Below, piece after piece: positions 25,543 through 27,141 of a stretch of DNA of 27,141 nt. This DNA comes from Desulfurella sp. (GTDB taxonomy: Bacteria > Campylobacterota_A > Desulfurellia > Desulfurellales > Desulfurellaceae). The notes beneath the pieces were generated by a model. That model saw nothing but the letters and a program-made list of their open reading frames with translations, was not told the origin of the DNA and made no database searches. The translations under genes and the position numbers were made by a program. How positions within the stretch are numbered: the stretch's first letter is position 1; every line of letters starts with the position of its first letter. The stretch spans positions 1 to 27,141 of the forward strand of contig JAVRLY010000006.1 in NCBI GenBank assembly GCA_031960885.1, written 5' to 3'.

Positions 25543-26696
25543 GCGATTCTGATGTTTTAAGGCTTTTGTTAATAATTCTTGGCATGTTTATAATGCCTTT
25601 GATATCAAAAAAAATCAATATTCCATTTGCTGTTGGTGAAATTCTATATGGTATAGTTATTAAAAATATATTTAATTTAAGTTGGCATAATTCTATCGTT
25701 GTAAATTTTTTATCTTTGTTTGGTTTTATAGTACTTATGTATATGGCTGGGCTTGAACTTGACATAAAAGCACTAAGAAATATTACAAAAAAAGATACTG
25801 TTTTTTTTGTTTTGTATTTTTTTGCGGTTATTATATTTAGCTTCTTTATAACAAAGCAAATGGGTAAACCTACAATATTTGTGTTGGCCTTTAGTGTAAC
25901 TTCAATTGGTCTACTTTATCCACTTCTACAAGAGCTCAATATCATAAATAAACCATTTGGCCTAAAATTGTTGATATTTGGCAGTATTGGTGAGATTATA
26001 AGCCTTTTTGGTATAATTGTTTTCAACTTATACTTTAAATTTGGCTTTAGCTTGAATGCATTGATAAAATTAATTCAACTTGGCATATTTATTGTTCTTT
26101 CTATTTTGTTTTTGAAACTACTAAAATTATTTTTGTGGTGGTTCCCACATTTAAGTGAAATTTTTTTAAAGACTGGCAATATTACAGAAACTGGTATAAG
26201 GACAAACTTTTTAAATCTTATAGTATTTGTCTTTTTATCAAGTTTTTTAGGTATAGAACCTATTCTTGGAGCTTTTATTAGTGGTTTAATTTTATCATTA
26301 TCATTACAAGAAAACGAAAACATCAAGAGAAGTTTTAGCATTATAGGCAATGGCTTTTTGGTGCCGATTTTTTTTATACATGTGGGTTTATCTTTTGATT
26401 TAAAGGCAATAATGGATTTAAATATGATAAAGGATGCATTTTTGACTGCAATTGTTATTGTTTTGGTTAGATACCTATCAAGCTTTGTATTGCTATTTTC
26501 AGATTTTAAATTTAAAGAAATATTGTTTGCGCCATTGGGTCTTTCTTTCCCTTTAACATTGCTTGTAGCAGTATCACAATTTGGCCAAAATTTCGGTGTT
26601 TTAGATCAAAAAAATGCAAGTATGCTTGTTTTGAGTGCTATGCTTACTAGTTTTTTATACTCGAAGATATTCAAATCAGTTGTGTTAAGTAGATAA
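25539..26696 (+). CDS. Cation:proton antiporter (CPA2, Na+ or K+/H+ exchanger family)
   Basis: IP.AVGEILYG, LMYMAGLELD, TSIG...P.L.E, LGAFISG, GFLVPIFFIHVG. ATGA coupling to the upstream gene. Confidence 0.9.
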   Translation: MSDSDVLRLLLIILGMFIMPLISKKINIPFAVGEILYGIVIKNIFNLSWHNSIVVNFLSLFGFIVLMYMAGLELDIKALRNITKKDTVFFVLYFFAVIIFSFFITKQMGKPTIFVLAFSVTSIGLLYPLLQELNIINKPFGLKLLIFGSIGEIISLFGIIVFNLYFKFGFSLNALIKLIQLGIFIVLSILFLKLLKLFLWWFPHLSEIFLKTGNITETGIRTNFLNLIVFVFLSSFLGIEPILGAFISGLILSLSLQENENIKRSFSIIGNGFLVPIFFIHVGLSFDLKAIMDLNMIKDAFLTAIVIVLVRYLSSFVLLFSDFKFKEILFAPLGLSFPLTLLVAVSQFGQNFGVLDQKNASMLVLSAMLTSFLYSKIFKSVVLSR

Positions 26697-26699
26697 TTA

Positions 26700-26728
26700 T
26701 TGATTTATGTATTTAAATTTTGTAGAAT
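26700..26728 (+). promoter_or_regulatory. Candidate sigma70 promoter of glnS
   Basis: TTGATT-N17-TAGAAT, 9 nt before ATG 26738. Confidence 0.6.
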
Positions 26729-26737
26729 GCTCAAAGT

Positions 26738-27141
26738 ATGGATGAAATTATTGACGCGTCAAATTTTATAGAAGAAATTATTGTTGAAGACCTAAAAAGC
26801 GGGCGTTTTAACTATGTGCAAACACGTTTCCCTCCAGAGCCTAATGGCTATTTACATATAGGCCACGCAAAAGCCATTGTTATTAATTTTGAAATAGCGA
26901 AAAAATTCGGTGGTAAATGTAATTTGCGATTTGATGACACAAACCCCACTAAAGAAAACATAGACTATATCAATTCCATTATAGAAGATGTTAAATGGCT
27001 AGGGTATGATTTTGGGGATAAAGTATATTATGCGTCAGATTATTTTGAAAAGATGTATGAGTATGCAGTGGAGTTTATCAAACAGGGTAAAGCTTATGTT
27101 TGCCATCAAAGCCCAGAAGAAATTAGACAATCTAGGGGAAC
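26738..27141 (+). CDS. glnS: Glutaminyl-tRNA synthetase, 3'-truncated by the window edge (absent from the ORF track)
   Basis: Manual translation: [73 protein letters not shown]...[13 protein letters not shown]...GKAYVC. Confidence 0.96.
   Translation, partial: MDEIIDASNFIEEIIVEDLKSGRFNYVQTRFPPEPNGYLHIGHAKAIVINFEIAKKFGGKCNLRFDDTNPTKENIDYINSIIEDVKWLGYDFGDKVYYASDYFEKMYEYAVEFIKQGKAYVCHQSPEEIRQSRG

Noticed and set aside
46..26350. Short antisense or alternate-frame ORFs in the track (e.g. 46-243, 2919-3110, 8828-9145, 11721-12161, 17806-18231, 21471-21779, 26075-26350)
   Set aside because: They lie within well-supported genes, have no recognisable motifs or SD, and look like shadow frames.
1..27141. 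tRNA, rRNA, riboswitch, CRISPR or IS elements
   Set aside because: Intergenic gaps are about 110 bp or less and explained by promoters or terminators. No such signatures were seen by eye; an Infernal/tRNAscan run would confirm.

Overview
AT-rich, tightly packed bacterial core-genome window. Gene content and style suggest a Desulfurellales/Campylobacterota-like organism such as Desulfurella (inference, not verified): a eukaryote-type citrate synthase, a long FlgL and an epsilon-type sigma54 motif. Left to right: 3' part of citrate synthase gltA, a terminator, hldD and a PflX-like radical SAM gene. Next is a minus-strand flagellar operon flgH-flgI-flgJ-flgM-flgN-flgK-flgL with candidate sigma54 and sigma28 promoters, then a small secreted PepSY-like gene. 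A long minus-strand run follows: kdsA, lptF/G-like, PPS/PPDK regulator, DUF948/YtxH-like pair, AI-2E permease, purM, purN, gatB, pyrC, accD, a FlaG-like ORF and a NERD nuclease. After it come a membrane diguanylate cyclase split by a 1-nt frameshift in an A8/T8 tract, a divergent MFS-RCK/USP-CPA2 operon, and the 5' part of glnS (missing from the ORF track). I saw no rRNA, tRNA, CRISPR, IS or prophage. The most notable observations are the homopolymer frameshift in the DGC, FlgJ fused to an SLT domain, a self-nested domain duplication in FlgL, charge-depleted external flagellar proteins and the RCK-USP/CPA2/MFS operon. I cannot show that any of these is a previously undescribed system.
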